A DNA stretch of 64,000 nt from Armatimonadota bacterium (GCA_963677485.1 OY781964.1:928001-992000), one strand, 5' to 3'; shown: positions 50,514 through 61,859, counted from the stretch's first letter. Program-made: numbers and translations. Notes: generated by a model not told the origin, from the letters alone.

Positions 50514-50675
50514 GGTGGGTTCCTCCTCGCAAATGGGATTGCCATATTGCAGTTTAATTGTACCCAGATTCCGGTCGGCATACAGCCCCGTTTCACTCGT
50601 TTCAACATGCTTTTCATAGCACATCATATAATGCAAGCCTGCAGAGGATGCCTTACCCGAAATGTTCTGTGAAAA

Positions 50676-51845
50676 CTATACCCGCCAGCTTGTGATGTTC
50701 TGAGTATGGCCGTCCTCATACATGAAGTAGTATCCCAGAACGCTCCATCCCCAGAATGGGTTCAATCCGCAGCCCTCTCCCGTTTCGCTGTTATACCATT
50801 CACGGCTGCCAGACTTCTGCATCATCGCCTCAGTGCGGTATGCCACTGCCGTAGCGATCTGGTCGTAACCGTACTGCCGCACACCGTGGTAAACGATGTA
50901 GTTCGAAGGGATCCAAGTGTTCGCCCGCCAGTTACAGCCCAGGTCATTGGGCAGCGTCGTCTGGCTATACCCGGGTTCACTCTTGGCCATCACAGCCGGT
51001 GCCCATGCCGTCCAGAACTCTTCACCGTTCATGAGGTGCTCGTAGACCATGCGTTTTGCTCGCTCCGGGGTAGCCACATTGGCCCATAACGCGGCAAAGA
51101 TATTGATGTATTTGACTTTGATCAACTCACCGGTCTGCACGTTCATGTCATAATACAGGCCGTCTTCTTCACACCAGAGCAGCTCGTTGATCTTCTGTGC
51201 CAGCTCATCAGCTTTGGCGGAGTAATGCGCCGAATCAGCGGGCTCTCCCAGGCTCTCAGCCAGACTGGCAAATGCCCGAAGCTCACGAACCAGGAAGCAG
51301 TTCAGGTCAACCCCCTTGCTGATGCGGTCCTTCCACCAGCCTGCCCGCTCGTGCTGATTATCCATGCCGGTGTGAGGTGCACTCATCCATTCGGCCAGAC
51401 CATTGCCCGTGCTGTCCATGTTCACCAGCCAATAGTCCAAATACCGCTTCAAGCGTTGGTAATAGTGGTCGGTGATCCATGAGGTCTCGCCGTAGTAGTC
51501 ACGCACCAGCACCGCACTTTGAGCCAGGAACGGTTTGACGTGCTCAGGGTCGTGATATTCATTGCTGGGCACGCTGCGGCTGATCAGACCATCTTCGCGC
51601 ATATGGTCGAGGAAGATCGTGATGCCGTTGATGATATACTTGGCATCCCAGCCCATGTAGACCTGGACGATCGCCTCAAAATACTGGTCCCAGTCATATA
51701 ACGTTTTGTAATCATAGCCTGTAAAGTAGTCGCGGTCGGTGTCTGGGTCATGTTGGATACCAGCCTTCATCAGTGCTTCCACATCGGCGATGCGGGACTG
51801 GATGGCTTTGAGTTCTTGCGGGTTTTGCAGCATGCGGCGTGACAT
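50676..51845 (-). CDS. MGH1-like (GH63/GH37 trehalase-like) glycoside hydrolase
   Basis: LYDWDQYF, KPFLAQ, HTGMDN, VDLNCFLVRE, LWCEEDGLYYD, WRANTWIPSNY, EWYNSETGEG, FWGWS. Confidence 0.8.
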   Translation of the reverse strand: MSRRMLQNPQELKAIQSRIADVEALMKAGIQHDPDTDRDYFTGYDYKTLYDWDQYFEAIVQVYMGWDAKYIINGITIFLDHMREDGLISRSVPSNEYHDPEHVKPFLAQSAVLVRDYYGETSWITDHYYQRLKRYLDYWLVNMDSTGNGLAEWMSAPHTGMDNQHERAGWWKDRISKGVDLNCFLVRELRAFASLAESLGEPADSAHYSAKADELAQKINELLWCEEDGLYYDMNVQTGELIKVKYINIFAALWANVATPERAKRMVYEHLMNGEEFWTAWAPAVMAKSEPGYSQTTLPNDLGCNWRANTWIPSNYIVYHGVRQYGYDQIATAVAYRTEAMMQKSGSREWYNSETGEGCGLNPFWGWSVLGYYFMYEDGHTQNITSWRV

Positions 51846-51956
51846 AATAGTGCTCCTCACAGAAATGCCTTAGGCGTGTGGTCTTCGTGACACATATATT
51901 CTGACACACAGGCCTGGCTGGTGTCAGCCGCCGTGGTATACCCACAGCGGTGGGTG

Positions 51957-52589
51957 TCATCGGGTTTTCTGGAACAACCTCTTCAGATTGCGTGCGGCCT
52001 CGGCGATATCATCGGCAGAGATCAACGCGGAGACCACAGCAACCCCATCGATGCCTGTCTCACTAAAAAGCGGAATGGTGCGCGGGTTGATTCCTCCTAT
52101 GACCACTATGGGCAACGGCACCGCGGACCTGATCGCCTTTAGTTCCTGCAGACTGACCAGTTCCGCGTCGCTCTTCGTATCGGTGGCAAACATGGCGCCG
52201 ACGCCCAGATAATCGGCACCATCCTGCTGTGCCTTCAACGCCTCCGATAGCGAAGAGGCCGAGACACCCAGAATCTTATGGTCACCGATGATCCGGCGAA
52301 CAATATAAGCGGGCAGATCGCTCTGTCCAACATGCACCCCAGCAGCGTCAACCGCAAGCGCGATGTCCACGCGGTCGTTGATGATCAATGGGACACCATA
52401 ACGATCTGTGATCTCTTTGACCCTCACCGCCGCATCGTAAAACTGCCGCGAAGACGCCGTCTTCTCACGCAGTTGCACCACACTGCAGCCGCCTTCAATC
52501 GCCTGCTCCACAGCTTGCTCTAAGGTGGGCGTGCTCATCAACTCACGGTCCGTCACCAGGTATAAACTATAATCCAAATTAGGCTTCAT
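51957..52589 (-). CDS. thiE: Thiamine-phosphate synthase
   Basis: [35 protein letters not shown]. Confidence 0.97.
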   Translation of the reverse strand: MKPNLDYSLYLVTDRELMSTPTLEQAVEQAIEGGCSVVQLREKTASSRQFYDAAVRVKEITDRYGVPLIINDRVDIALAVDAAGVHVGQSDLPAYIVRRIIGDHKILGVSASSLSEALKAQQDGADYLGVGAMFATDTKSDAELVSLQELKAIRSAVPLPIVVIGGINPRTIPLFSETGIDGVAVVSALISADDIAEAARNLKRLFQKTR

Positions 52590-53409
52590 GCAACCTGGCT
52601 CTCTTGCTCAGAATATCGCCATCGAGTTGGCTGATGGCATCAATGATCGCCATACGAAAACTGCCGTTCCCCTTGCCCCCAGCAACATCAGCGGCAAGCT
52701 CGCCTGCGATGCCCATCGAAAGCACACCTCCCGCAGCCGCCGCGAGGTAATCGTCTGATGCACCGCAGAAGCTCCCGACTAACGAGCTGCACATGCAACC
52801 TGTACCGGTGATCCTAGACATCAGACTGGAGCCGTTCTCTATGGTCAGCGTGCGCCTTCCATCGGATATGATGTCGGTGGCACCGGTGATAGCCGTCACG
52901 CATTTGAGCCTTAACGCCACCACCTTGGCGGTCTCTATCCCCTTAGCGATTCCGCCCTTCATGTCCGCATCCGATGCATCGACCCCGAGGGTGGAGGACT
53001 GTAACCCCGCGACGAACATGATCTCCGACATATTACCGCGGATCACAGCGATCTTAACCTGCTCCAGCAGACGCCTGGTGGTCTCATTCCGCAGCGTGGA
53101 AGCGCCGGCACCCACCGGATCGAGTATCACAGGGATATGGCGGGCATTGGCGAACCTGCCAGCAGCGAGCATCGATTCCACGGTCCGATGGTTCAGGGTG
53201 CCGATGTTCAACACCAGTGCCGAGGTGATCGATACGATGTCTTCCATCTCATCGATGTCATCAGCCATAATCGGAGAGCCGCCGATTGCCAGCGTCACAT
53301 TGGCACAGTCGTTGACTGTCACATAGTTGGTAATATGATGCACGAGAGGCTTATTCGCCCGCACCTCTTGTAGGATCTGAGCGATAGATTGAAGTGTCAC
53401 GCTTTCCAA
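52579..53409 (-). CDS. thiM: Hydroxyethylthiazole kinase
   Basis: [44 protein letters not shown]. Confidence 0.97.
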   Translation of the reverse strand: MESVTLQSIAQILQEVRANKPLVHHITNYVTVNDCANVTLAIGGSPIMADDIDEMEDIVSITSALVLNIGTLNHRTVESMLAAGRFANARHIPVILDPVGAGASTLRNETTRRLLEQVKIAVIRGNMSEIMFVAGLQSSTLGVDASDADMKGGIAKGIETAKVVALRLKCVTAITGATDIISDGRRTLTIENGSSLMSRITGTGCMCSSLVGSFCGASDDYLAAAAGGVLSMGIAGELAADVAGGKGNGSFRMAIIDAISQLDGDILSKRARLHEA

Positions 53410-53422
53410 TAGTGGTATTTCC

Positions 53423-54727
53423 TTACTGCAATAGTTCGACGTCTTGCCCGTCGATGATCTGGTTCATTGTTTTGACCGCGCACATCTTGCCGCACATAGA
53501 GCAGCTATGCCTGTCGGCTGGCGGGACGCTTTCGTAATATGCTCTCGCCTTATCGCTGTCGATCGCGAGCTCAAACATCGCATCCCAGTCCAGGGCACGG
53601 CGGGCGACCGCCATGCGGTCATCAATACCACGGGCGCCTTTGATTCCTATCGCGATATCTGCCGCATGAGCCGCGATTTTCGAAGCCACGATGCCTTCTC
53701 GCACATCCGCCAGGTTTGGCAGCCGCAGATGCTCAGCGGGGGTCACATAACACAGGAAATCGGCGCCATTCATCGCTGCGATCGCACCGCCTATGGCTGA
53801 CGTGATGTGGTCATATCCAGGCGCGATATCCGTGACCAACGGCCCCAGCACATAGAACGGTACGCCATGGCACAGCCGCTTCTGAAGCTTCATATTCGCG
53901 GCGATCTCATCCATTGCCATATGGCCAGGACCTTCCACCAGCACTTGAACATCTTTCTGCCAGGCGCGCTTGGTGAGATATCCCAGCTCCGTCAGCTCCG
54001 CTATCTGAGATGCATCTGACGCGTCCTTCAGGCAGCCTGGCCGACAGGCATCGCCAAGACTGATCGTCACATCATGCTCACGCAGAATATCGAGCAACTC
54101 GTCGTAATGCTCAAAGAAGGGGTTTTCATTGTTCGTCATCTTCATCCAGGCAAACAACAACGAACCGCCTCGCGACACGATGTTCATCTGACGCTTTTCA
54201 CGCATGAACAGGTCGACCACTCTCCGGTTGAGACCGGCATGGATGGTCATAAAGTCGACGCCTTCGCGGGCATGTATCCTGACGACCTCCAGGAAGTCCT
54301 GCGCAGTGATATCCTTCAAATCTTTCTCCAGGTAGCCGATCGCGTCATAAATCGGCACAGTGCCGATCATGGCGGGAGAGCAGCCCACCAGCCAGCTTCG
54401 GAACTCGCGTGTCTTTCCGTAGTTGCTCAGATCCATGATCGATTCGGCACCGAACTGGATGGACAGGTTCACTTTCTCTTGTTCGTTTGAGTAGTCCGCA
54501 CAGTCACCCGAAACCCCCAGGTTCACGTTGATTTTCGTGCGGAGCCCTGCGCCGATGCCATATGGATGCAGCGCAGTATGGTTGATATTCGCGGGGATAG
54601 TCACCTGTCCGGATGCGACCAGCGCGAGAAGCTCCTGCTGCGGCAGACCCTCTTCTGCAGCGACCAGGGCGATCTGTTTGGTCACGATGCCCTTTTTGGC
54701 GGCTTCCATCTGAGTTCTATAGTTCAT
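53423..54727 (-). CDS. thiC: Phosphomethylpyrimidine synthase
   Basis: [57 protein letters not shown]; start MNYRTQM. Confidence 0.97.
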   Translation of the reverse strand: MNYRTQMEAAKKGIVTKQIALVAAEEGLPQQELLALVASGQVTIPANINHTALHPYGIGAGLRTKINVNLGVSGDCADYSNEQEKVNLSIQFGAESIMDLSNYGKTREFRSWLVGCSPAMIGTVPIYDAIGYLEKDLKDITAQDFLEVVRIHAREGVDFMTIHAGLNRRVVDLFMREKRQMNIVSRGGSLLFAWMKMTNNENPFFEHYDELLDILREHDVTISLGDACRPGCLKDASDASQIAELTELGYLTKRAWQKDVQVLVEGPGHMAMDEIAANMKLQKRLCHGVPFYVLGPLVTDIAPGYDHITSAIGGAIAAMNGADFLCYVTPAEHLRLPNLADVREGIVASKIAAHAADIAIGIKGARGIDDRMAVARRALDWDAMFELAIDSDKARAYYESVPPADRHSCSMCGKMCAVKTMNQIIDGQDVELLQ

Positions 54728-55538
54728 TTGAATCTGCTCCTGTAGGTAATCCATTGCGATAGAGATCATAAAAATGGTGAGTTGGCCCGCAGCCTTTTCC
54801 AATTGCCAGCGCATGCCTGATAGCCGTTGTGACATACTCTTTCGCCTTGCCTACGGCATCTGCCATGTTAAGGCCTAGAGCAAGATTTGACGCGATGGCC
54901 GACGAATACGTGCAGCCCGTCCCATGGGTGTTCTTGGTGTCGATGCGCTCTGTGGAGTAACAGGAGAATTGTTGGCCGTCGTAAAGAACATCCAGCGCGT
55001 CACCTGCAGCATGACCACCCTTCACCAGCACACCTTTTGCCCCAAGCCCGCATATCACCTTGGCGGCCTGCTTCATATCATCGGTCGAGTGTATCTCCAT
55101 CTGAGCGATTTTCTCAGCCTCGGGGATATTAGGAGTCAGCAGGTCTGCCAGTGGGAGTATCTCTTGAATGAGCGTATCGATGGCATCCGGGTTCATCAGA
55201 GCGCAGCCGTTTTTTGCATACATCACAGGGTCGATCACCACATTCCCCGGATGGTAGGCCCTCAGTTTCCGTGCAACAGCCATCATGCATTGCGGCTGTG
55301 AAAGCATCCCCACCTTAACTGCGTCCGTTCCGATATCCTCAAAGATCGCGTCTATCTGCTTCTCAATCATATCGGGTGTGATATCTTGAATGTCGATCAC
55401 TCGAAATGTGTTCTCAGCCACCACCGACACGATCACACTCATGCCGTAGACGCCGTGCGCCGAGAATGTTTTGAGGTCAGCCTGTATCCCGGCACCTCCG
55501 CTGCAATCTGACCCGGCAATGGTCAGCACTTTCTTCAT
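54717..55538 (-). CDS. thiD: Hydroxymethylpyrimidine/phosphomethylpyrimidine kinase
   Basis: [48 protein letters not shown]. Confidence 0.97.
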   Translation of the reverse strand: MKKVLTIAGSDCSGGAGIQADLKTFSAHGVYGMSVIVSVVAENTFRVIDIQDITPDMIEKQIDAIFEDIGTDAVKVGMLSQPQCMMAVARKLRAYHPGNVVIDPVMYAKNGCALMNPDAIDTLIQEILPLADLLTPNIPEAEKIAQMEIHSTDDMKQAAKVICGLGAKGVLVKGGHAAGDALDVLYDGQQFSCYSTERIDTKNTHGTGCTYSSAIASNLALGLNMADAVGKAKEYVTTAIRHALAIGKGCGPTHHFYDLYRNGLPTGADSNEL

Positions 55539-55613
55539 CGGGTTCTCCTTATCCGTCGCGCAACGCGTCGTTCAATGCGGTGTATTCTGTCAGAGACACT
55601 AGACCAATGCACA

Positions 55614-55647
55614 GAAGGCGCCTTCCTGTCTACAGGAAAGCGCCTTC
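55614..55647 (-). terminator. Expression-platform hairpin of TPP riboswitch
   Basis: GAAGGCGCTTTCCTGT-AG-ACAGGAAGGCGCCTTC between aptamer and thiD; weak U-tract. Confidence 0.65.
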
Positions 55648-55673
55648 ATCAATAGTTTTTTTGTATGTGATTT

Positions 55674-55756
55674 TTTGCTTCCCTACGCTAGTGTTAACTA
55701 CCAGGTTCAAGGGGTCAGGTTTTACCTTCTCAACTCTTTCGAGTTCCCCCGCAAAT
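55674..55756 (-). ncRNA. TPP riboswitch
   Basis: Minus strand GCGGGGGAACTCGAAAGAGTTGAGAAGG..CCTGACCCCTTGAACCTGGTAGTTAACACTAGCGTAGGGAAGC upstream of thiD. Confidence 0.93.
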
Positions 55757-55804
55757 ATTTAGTTTTTCTACGTACACAATCTAACACTTAACGTGTTGGT
55801 TGTC

Positions 55805-55834
55805 AAAGCACCCAGCATATTCACTGGGTGCTTT
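55805..55834 (-). terminator. Terminator after pgi
   Basis: AAAGCACCCAG-N8-CTGGGTGCTTT. Confidence 0.75.
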
Positions 55835-55852
55835 ATACTTGACGTACCGAGG

Positions 55853-57175
55853 CTAGAATTTGACTTCTACCGCCTCAACCGCAGCGATGCCACCCTCATA
55901 TCCTGGCTTACCCAGCAGCTTGAACATGTTCAGCTTGTAGGCTTCCACACCGGGCTGGTTGAAGGGGTTGACGCCCTGCATCAGGCAGCTGACGCCGCAT
56001 GCATACTCAAACATATACATCAGCGCTCCCAGGCTGGCGGCGCTCAGTTCCGCAAGATGGATGGTCAGGTTTGGCACCCCGCCATCACGATGCGCGGCGG
56101 CGGTGGCCTCGTAGGCCATCTGATTCACCCAACTGATCGGCTTGCCAGCCAGGTAGTTCATGCCATCGGCGTCCACATCCCAGGCGGGCACCGTCAGATC
56201 GGGCTCTCCCCCATCAATGATCACGAAGCTCTCGATCAGGTTCCTGCGCCCCTCCTGAACATACTGACCCATGCTGTGCAGGTCAGTGGTGAAGTCCACA
56301 GCCGCCGGGAACAGTCCGATGTTCTGCTTGCCTTCGCTTTCGCCAAAGAGCTGCTTCCACCACTCAGCTAAGGTATGAAGACGCGGTTCAAAGTTGGCCA
56401 GCAGCTCGGTGCTGTAGCCCTGGTGGTAGAGCACATTCCGGGCGGCGGCGTAGAATAGCGCGGGGTTCTTCAACGGATCATCGCTGCCAGCGCACAGTTT
56501 GGCACACTCGGCAGCTCCCTGAACCAACGCTTTGATATCTACCCCAGCGTATCCGATGGGCAATAGTCCCACCGCACTCAACACGGAATAGCGTCCGCCG
56601 ATGGTGTCCGGCACCACGAATGTGGCACAGCCCATCTCGCGGGCAAGCTTCAACAGGGAGCCCTTATTGGCATCCGTGGTGGCTACAATCCACTCGCTCT
56701 GCTTGTCGGCAGGTACCAGTTGCTTCAACAGCCGGAAGGCCACTGCAGGCTCGGTCGTGGTGCCCGATTTGCTGATGACGTTGATGGCCACCCTCTTGCC
56801 GGAAAGCTGCTTGATGAGTTTTGTGGCATAATCGGCACTGATATTCTGGCCTGCATAGACCACCTGTTCTGGGCAGTCGGAAAGGGCTTCAATGACTGCC
56901 CGAGAGCCGAGGTAGCTTCCGCCGATGCCAATAACCACAAGCATGTCGGTCTCTTTGCGAAGTTGGGCGATCTTGGCGTTCAGCCGTGAGTTTTCATCAC
57001 TCGTGAGTATCTCCGCAGGGCTCAACCATCCGGTGAACTCGGCACCGGCGCAGCGAGCTTCTCGCAAGTTACGGGCACAGGCTGACACCTGCACCGATCG
57101 TTCGGCCACCATCTCGGCGGTCAGGTTAGGGGCCAGATACTTGGCATCGAGCGTGATTGGTGATTTTATTGACAT
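55853..57175 (-). CDS. pgi: Glucose-6-phosphate isomerase
   Basis: IGIGGSYLG, ISKSGTTTEP, IGGRYSVLS, WWKQLFGESEGK, TTDLHSMGQ, NPFNQPGVEAYK. Confidence 0.98.
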   Translation of the reverse strand: MSIKSPITLDAKYLAPNLTAEMVAERSVQVSACARNLREARCAGAEFTGWLSPAEILTSDENSRLNAKIAQLRKETDMLVVIGIGGSYLGSRAVIEALSDCPEQVVYAGQNISADYATKLIKQLSGKRVAINVISKSGTTTEPAVAFRLLKQLVPADKQSEWIVATTDANKGSLLKLAREMGCATFVVPDTIGGRYSVLSAVGLLPIGYAGVDIKALVQGAAECAKLCAGSDDPLKNPALFYAAARNVLYHQGYSTELLANFEPRLHTLAEWWKQLFGESEGKQNIGLFPAAVDFTTDLHSMGQYVQEGRRNLIESFVIIDGGEPDLTVPAWDVDADGMNYLAGKPISWVNQMAYEATAAAHRDGGVPNLTIHLAELSAASLGALMYMFEYACGVSCLMQGVNPFNQPGVEAYKLNMFKLLGKPGYEGGIAAVEAVEVKF

Positions 57176-57189
57176 AGTTTTCTCCGAAT

Positions 57190-57885
57190 CTAATTCTTAG
57201 GTGCCGAAGCACTCTCTTTTTCTGGTGCGAAATGGTGCCATATCCATAACCCCATGCCTAGCAGGATCACAGCGGCAATGACGTAGTCAACACCATGCAG
57301 GTATTTGCCCACTGTGCTCCAGTTTTGCCCCAGCTTGACTCCCGCCCAGGTCAACAGGTAACACCACGGCACGGAACCTGCGAAGCTAAGGGCCAAAAAC
57401 GGCATGAGGGGTACTCTGCTGACTCCTGCAGGGAAGGAGATGAATGTGCGGATAATGGGAAGCAGCCGGCTGATAAAAACCGCGGAAAGCCCGTATTTAT
57501 CAAAAAAGCGATCTGCTGCATCCATATCACGCCTTCGGATGAGGATGTATTTGCCGTATTTATCGATGAACGGACGTCCTCCGTACATGCCAGCCATATA
57601 GGCAACATAGCTTCCTACCATACAGCCAATGGCTCCTGCCATCGAAGCGTAATGGATATTAAACTCGCCTTGGCTCACCGCATATCCGGCAAACGGCATG
57701 ATTAGTTCACTGGGTAACGGGATACAGGCACTCTCGATGGCCATTAATGTGCCGATTCCGGCATATCCTCCGCCGGTGATCACACCTTCGACCCATTTCC
57801 CTATGGAGACGAGTATGGTGTGCAGCGCCGAGGGGGAGTTCGCTACAGCCAGGTACATCGCTAGAAGTGCATTTATTCTTACCAC
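57190..57885 (-). CDS. DedA family membrane protein
   Basis: MAIESACIPLPSELIMPFAG, YGGRP, RLLPIIRTFISFPAG. Confidence 0.93.
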   Translation of the reverse strand: MVRINALLAMYLAVANSPSALHTILVSIGKWVEGVITGGGYAGIGTLMAIESACIPLPSELIMPFAGYAVSQGEFNIHYASMAGAIGCMVGSYVAYMAGMYGGRPFIDKYGKYILIRRRDMDAADRFFDKYGLSAVFISRLLPIIRTFISFPAGVSRVPLMPFLALSFAGSVPWCYLLTWAGVKLGQNWSTVGKYLHGVDYVIAAVILLGMGLWIWHHFAPEKESASAPKN

Positions 57886-58013
57886 GAGCAGGGGGTGTCC
57901 TCCTTAGGGCAACCTGTGTTTACTTACAGTCCAGTATAATTATATAACGGATAGGAATTGTTATCTGGTTCCAAAACACAATGGACCTTAGGTGACACGA
58001 ACAGGAGCAGAAA

Positions 58014-59273
58014 ATGGATGATGTTATCACGGCATTAACCCAGCAGGCTATGGATGCACGCGTTGCGGCGTATGAACTGGCTACAATAAGCACTGCGGCT
58101 AAAAACCAGGCACTGCTTTCAATGGCTAAAGCTCTAGTCGATGCTGAACCTGCGATTTTGGCGGCTAACGAGGCGGATATCGCCGCAGCCCGCACAAATG
58201 GCCTGACAGAACCTATGATCGAACGCCTGACGCTGGATCATAAACGAATTCTCGCGATGGCCGAGGGTATGGAGCAAGTCGCTTCACTTCCAGACCCAGT
58301 GGGCGAAATTGTCAGCGGGTCCGTACGGCCAAATGGCCTGCGCATCCAACAGGTTCGATCACCTTTAGGGGTCATCGGCATTATCTATGAGAGCCGACCG
58401 AATGTCACCGCTGATGCGGCGGCGCTTTGCCTAAAAAGCGGAAACGCCGTGATACTACGCGGTGGTAAAGAGGCGTATAACAGCAACAAAGCGATCACCG
58501 ATGTGCTGACCGCCGCGATTGTATCGGCCGGACTGCCTGCATGCTCTGTGCAGATGGTGCAGACGATCGACCGTGAGGCCACCACCGGACTTATGCGTAT
58601 GACCAAATGGGTGGACTGCATCATCCCTCGCGGCGGAGCAGGGTTGATCAACCATGTGGTGCAAAACAGCACCGTACCGGTCATCGAGACCGGGGCTGGC
58701 AACTGCCATACATACATACATGATGATGCTGACCTCAAAATGGCGCTCGACATCGCGGTCAACGCGAAGTGCCAGCGGCCCAGCGTGTGTAATTCTATGG
58801 AGACACTGCTGGTGCATTCACGCATTGCGGAGTTCTACCTGCCGCTGCTGGCCGACGTGATGGCAGAAAAAGGTGTGGAGCTGCGTGGTTGCGAACGAAC
58901 AATGACATATATTCCGTCAGCGATTCCCGCAACCGAGGAAGATTGGGCCACGGAATACAACGCACTGATTCTGGCCGTCAAAATAGTCGACAATGTGCAT
59001 GAGGCTGTGGCACATATCAATAAATATGGCACCCGCCACTCTGAGACTATTGTCACAAAGAGCCTGAAGCATTCGCAGATATTCACACGAGGGATTGACG
59101 CGGCGGCTGTCTACGTGAACGCCAGCACCCGCTTTACTGATGGCTTCGAGTTCGGGTTCGGTGCCGAAATCGGCATCAGCACCCAGAAGCTGCACGCACG
59201 CGGCCCCATGGGTCTAAAAGAACTGACCACCACTCGGTATATCATTCACGGTGACGGACAGATTAGAGGCTAA
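58014..59273 (+). CDS. proA: Glutamate-5-semialdehyde dehydrogenase
   Basis: PLGVIGIIYESRPNVT, IIPRGG, GNCH, RPSVCN, VNASTRFTDG, GISTQKLHARGPMGL. Confidence 0.98.
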   Translation: MDDVITALTQQAMDARVAAYELATISTAAKNQALLSMAKALVDAEPAILAANEADIAAARTNGLTEPMIERLTLDHKRILAMAEGMEQVASLPDPVGEIVSGSVRPNGLRIQQVRSPLGVIGIIYESRPNVTADAAALCLKSGNAVILRGGKEAYNSNKAITDVLTAAIVSAGLPACSVQMVQTIDREATTGLMRMTKWVDCIIPRGGAGLINHVVQNSTVPVIETGAGNCHTYIHDDADLKMALDIAVNAKCQRPSVCNSMETLLVHSRIAEFYLPLLADVMAEKGVELRGCERTMTYIPSAIPATEEDWATEYNALILAVKIVDNVHEAVAHINKYGTRHSETIVTKSLKHSQIFTRGIDAAAVYVNASTRFTDGFEFGFGAEIGISTQKLHARGPMGLKELTTTRYIIHGDGQIRG

Positions 59274-59876
59274 ATGCATATCGGGATATACGGGGGTAGT
59301 TTCAATCCCATACACCATGGTCACTTGATCCTGGCACAGCACACAGCGGAAATCTGTGGTATCGACAGAATGCTGCTGGTGCCGTGCCATACCCCCGTAC
59401 ACAAACATCCGCAAGAGTTAGCGTGTGCGGAGCTGCGGTGGCAGATGGTAAAGGCATCTGTAGCTGGTCACCCGCTGCTCGAAGCATGTGATGTCGAGAT
59501 CCGGCGTCCCGGCCCCTCGTTCACCTCGGATACGCTGCAGGAGCTGCACAGGATGTATCCTGACGACCACTTTTCGATGCTGATCGGTACGGACACTCTT
59601 CTTCAAATCGCCCAGTGGCATCAGCCTGAAATGATTTTATCCCTGTGCAATTTGCTAGTTTTACATCGTCCTGGTTACCGGGTTGATCGTCCTGAGCAGT
59701 ATCTACCCATGGGTTCACCTGCAGAATGCGTCACAATGATAGAGGCGCCCCATTTACAGATTTCGTCTTCGGATATCCGGCAGCGAATTGCTGATGGCAA
59801 GTCTATTCGTTACTTGACACCAGATGCAGCAGTCCAAATTATGGATGAGCATCTTCTTTACCGTAAAACACTCTGA
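59274..59876 (+). CDS. nadD: Nicotinate-nucleotide adenylyltransferase
   Basis: GIYGGSFNPIHHGH, PVHK, IGTD, QW, ISSSDIR. Confidence 0.95.
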   Translation: MHIGIYGGSFNPIHHGHLILAQHTAEICGIDRMLLVPCHTPVHKHPQELACAELRWQMVKASVAGHPLLEACDVEIRRPGPSFTSDTLQELHRMYPDDHFSMLIGTDTLLQIAQWHQPEMILSLCNLLVLHRPGYRVDRPEQYLPMGSPAECVTMIEAPHLQISSSDIRQRIADGKSIRYLTPDAAVQIMDEHLLYRKTL

Positions 59877-59894
59877 GGAAACAACGTACGTCAC

Positions 59895-60839
59895 ATGAAT
59901 AAGTCGCGCATAGCCTGGGTCGGACTGGGCATTCTGGTCGTCGCTGCCGCCATTACGGCAGGCATCATGATGGGTTTAAATAAAGTGATGCCCTCTTCTC
60001 ACAACAACTCCGCTCACAATGAGATTCAGATCAGTCGAATGAAGCTTCTGGTGATGGGCCTTGATGAAGTGGGTAAGAACACAGACACCCTCGCTGCGGT
60101 CGATGTCGATGCCGCCAGCAACACCATCTCAGTTTTATCAATACCCCGTGACACGCGTACAGACATTGAGGGCCACCGAACCTTCCGTATCAATGCAGCA
60201 TACGCCTGGGGCGGGATCGATCTGGCCAAATCGACGGTTGAAAAGCTCATTGGAGATACGTTCGACCACTATATCATAGTGAGACTTGAGGGTTTTGCTC
60301 AGGTGATCGACGCTATGGGTGGCGTAGACATCGACGTCGAAAAAGACATGGACTATGTCGACCGCGGACAGAAGCTGTATATCCACCTTCGCAAAGGCAA
60401 CCGCCACCTCACAGGCGAAACCGCCATCCATTATGCACGATTCCGGCATGACGCCCGCGGTGACCTGGGCCGCGTCGTGCGTCAGCAAAAGCTGCTGAGA
60501 GCCGTGCTGGAAAAGATGCTTAGCCCTAAAATGCTGCCGCAACTACCCCAACTGATGCAGGTGGCCAAACAAAACAGTGATACCGACCTGAGCATCCCCC
60601 AGATGATCGCACTGGCAAGGCAAGCCCGGAAATCTGGTGACGACGGCCTGAAGACCGCCATGCTCTCGGGAGCACCTAAGATGATCAACGGCGGCAGCTT
60701 CTATGTCGTCGAACTGCCGGAAGCGACTGAAGGCATACAAGCTATTGTCGATGCCATCGTCAAAACTAACGAGCCAGAACCAACGGCACACCCCGCTGCC
60801 GCACTCTCCCAAAGCACCGCCCCTAAAGGAGGCCTATGA
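59895..60839 (+). CDS. LCP (LytR-CpsA-Psr) family protein
   Basis: N-terminal TM, LVMGLD..NTDT, SIPRDT, RINAAY, DAMGGV, YARFRHD..GDLGRV.RQQ. Confidence 0.93.
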   Translation: MNKSRIAWVGLGILVVAAAITAGIMMGLNKVMPSSHNNSAHNEIQISRMKLLVMGLDEVGKNTDTLAAVDVDAASNTISVLSIPRDTRTDIEGHRTFRINAAYAWGGIDLAKSTVEKLIGDTFDHYIIVRLEGFAQVIDAMGGVDIDVEKDMDYVDRGQKLYIHLRKGNRHLTGETAIHYARFRHDARGDLGRVVRQQKLLRAVLEKMLSPKMLPQLPQLMQVAKQNSDTDLSIPQMIALARQARKSGDDGLKTAMLSGAPKMINGGSFYVVELPEATEGIQAIVDAIVKTNEPEPTAHPAAALSQSTAPKGGL

Positions 60840-61174
60840 TTTTGACTTCTAAAGAACGTGTAGACATAATAATCGCCGCTGCCGAAGAGGTAAAAGCGGA
60901 AGATATCCAAACCGTAGAGTTGATTGGTAAAACACTTATCGCGGACTACTTTGTGATAGCCACCGGCCGCACCAACGTGCAAGCGCGCGCCATCGCGGAC
61001 CGCATACTGGAACGCTGCCGCGAGTCTGGTTACAAAAAAGTGCAGGACGAAGGTTACCGCGAAGCGCAGTGGATTGTTCTAGATTACGGTGATGTGATCG
61101 TGCATGTCATGCAGCCTGAGCAGCGCGAATACTATAGCATCGAAGACCTGTGGAAGAACTTCGTCCGGGAGTAA
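60836..61174 (+). CDS. rsfS: Ribosome silencing factor
   Basis: KAEDI, IADYFVIATG, EG..W.VLDYGDVIVHVM..REYY.IEDLW. Confidence 0.96.
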   Translation: MILTSKERVDIIIAAAEEVKAEDIQTVELIGKTLIADYFVIATGRTNVQARAIADRILERCRESGYKKVQDEGYREAQWIVLDYGDVIVHVMQPEQREYYSIEDLWKNFVRE

Positions 61175-61196
61175 CTCGGTAGAATCGAGGCCATTC

Positions 61197-61859
61197 ATGA
61201 CAGACCAGACAAACCAGCCCGATATACAACAGAAGATTGAGCTTCAACTACGCCAGGCCATCTTACAGCAGATGCGTGGCGACCTGGTTGAGGCTCAGAA
61301 AGCCTGCGTGGAGATACTCAGACTCGAACCCCGCCATGTGGAAGCTCTGGAGTTGATGGGCGATCTGCTATGTGCCAGGGGTGATACGGTACACGCCATC
61401 ATCGCCTACCGGCAAGCTAAAGATAACTCAGTGCAAGGAACGCCGGCGTATGCATCGGCAGAACGCAAGTGGGCGACGCTGCTATACGAGCAATCGCTAC
61501 CTGAACTTGAACCGTCTGAAGTTCGGATAAGCCCTGTGATCGCTCTGGTATTGTCATTGATGCTGCCTGGTGTGGCTCACCTGTGGATGAGGCAGTTCAC
61601 TAAGGCTGGCATCATGATAGGTTGCGGGATGGTGTTGACCACTCTCCTGCTCTTTTCGCCATGGGGAATCATCGAAACTCGGACTGTATCGGCCATCACA
61701 ACTGGTCCTGTTCTACTCTCGTTTTTACTGATGTCAGTGGCATTCACTGCCGCTATCGATGCTTATCAGATCGCAGCAGGCTTGAAACCCAAAGCTGCTA
61801 AGCCTGTTCACCCGGCTCTGCCAGAGGAGGTCCGCAACAACCCAGATGCCAAGCCCTAA
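61197..61859 (+). CDS. TPR-containing membrane protein
   Basis: TPR-like EILRLEPRHVEALELMGDLL; C-terminal LSLMLPGVAHLW TMs and AAIDAY. Confidence 0.65.
   Translation: MTDQTNQPDIQQKIELQLRQAILQQMRGDLVEAQKACVEILRLEPRHVEALELMGDLLCARGDTVHAIIAYRQAKDNSVQGTPAYASAERKWATLLYEQSLPELEPSEVRISPVIALVLSLMLPGVAHLWMRQFTKAGIMIGCGMVLTTLLLFSPWGIIETRTVSAITTGPVLLSFLLMSVAFTAAIDAYQIAAGLKPKAAKPVHPALPEEVRNNPDAKP

Noticed and set aside
54728-54835. Extended ThiC N-terminus from the ORF track
   Set aside because: It overlaps thiD; MNYRTQM at 54727 matches typical ThiC starts
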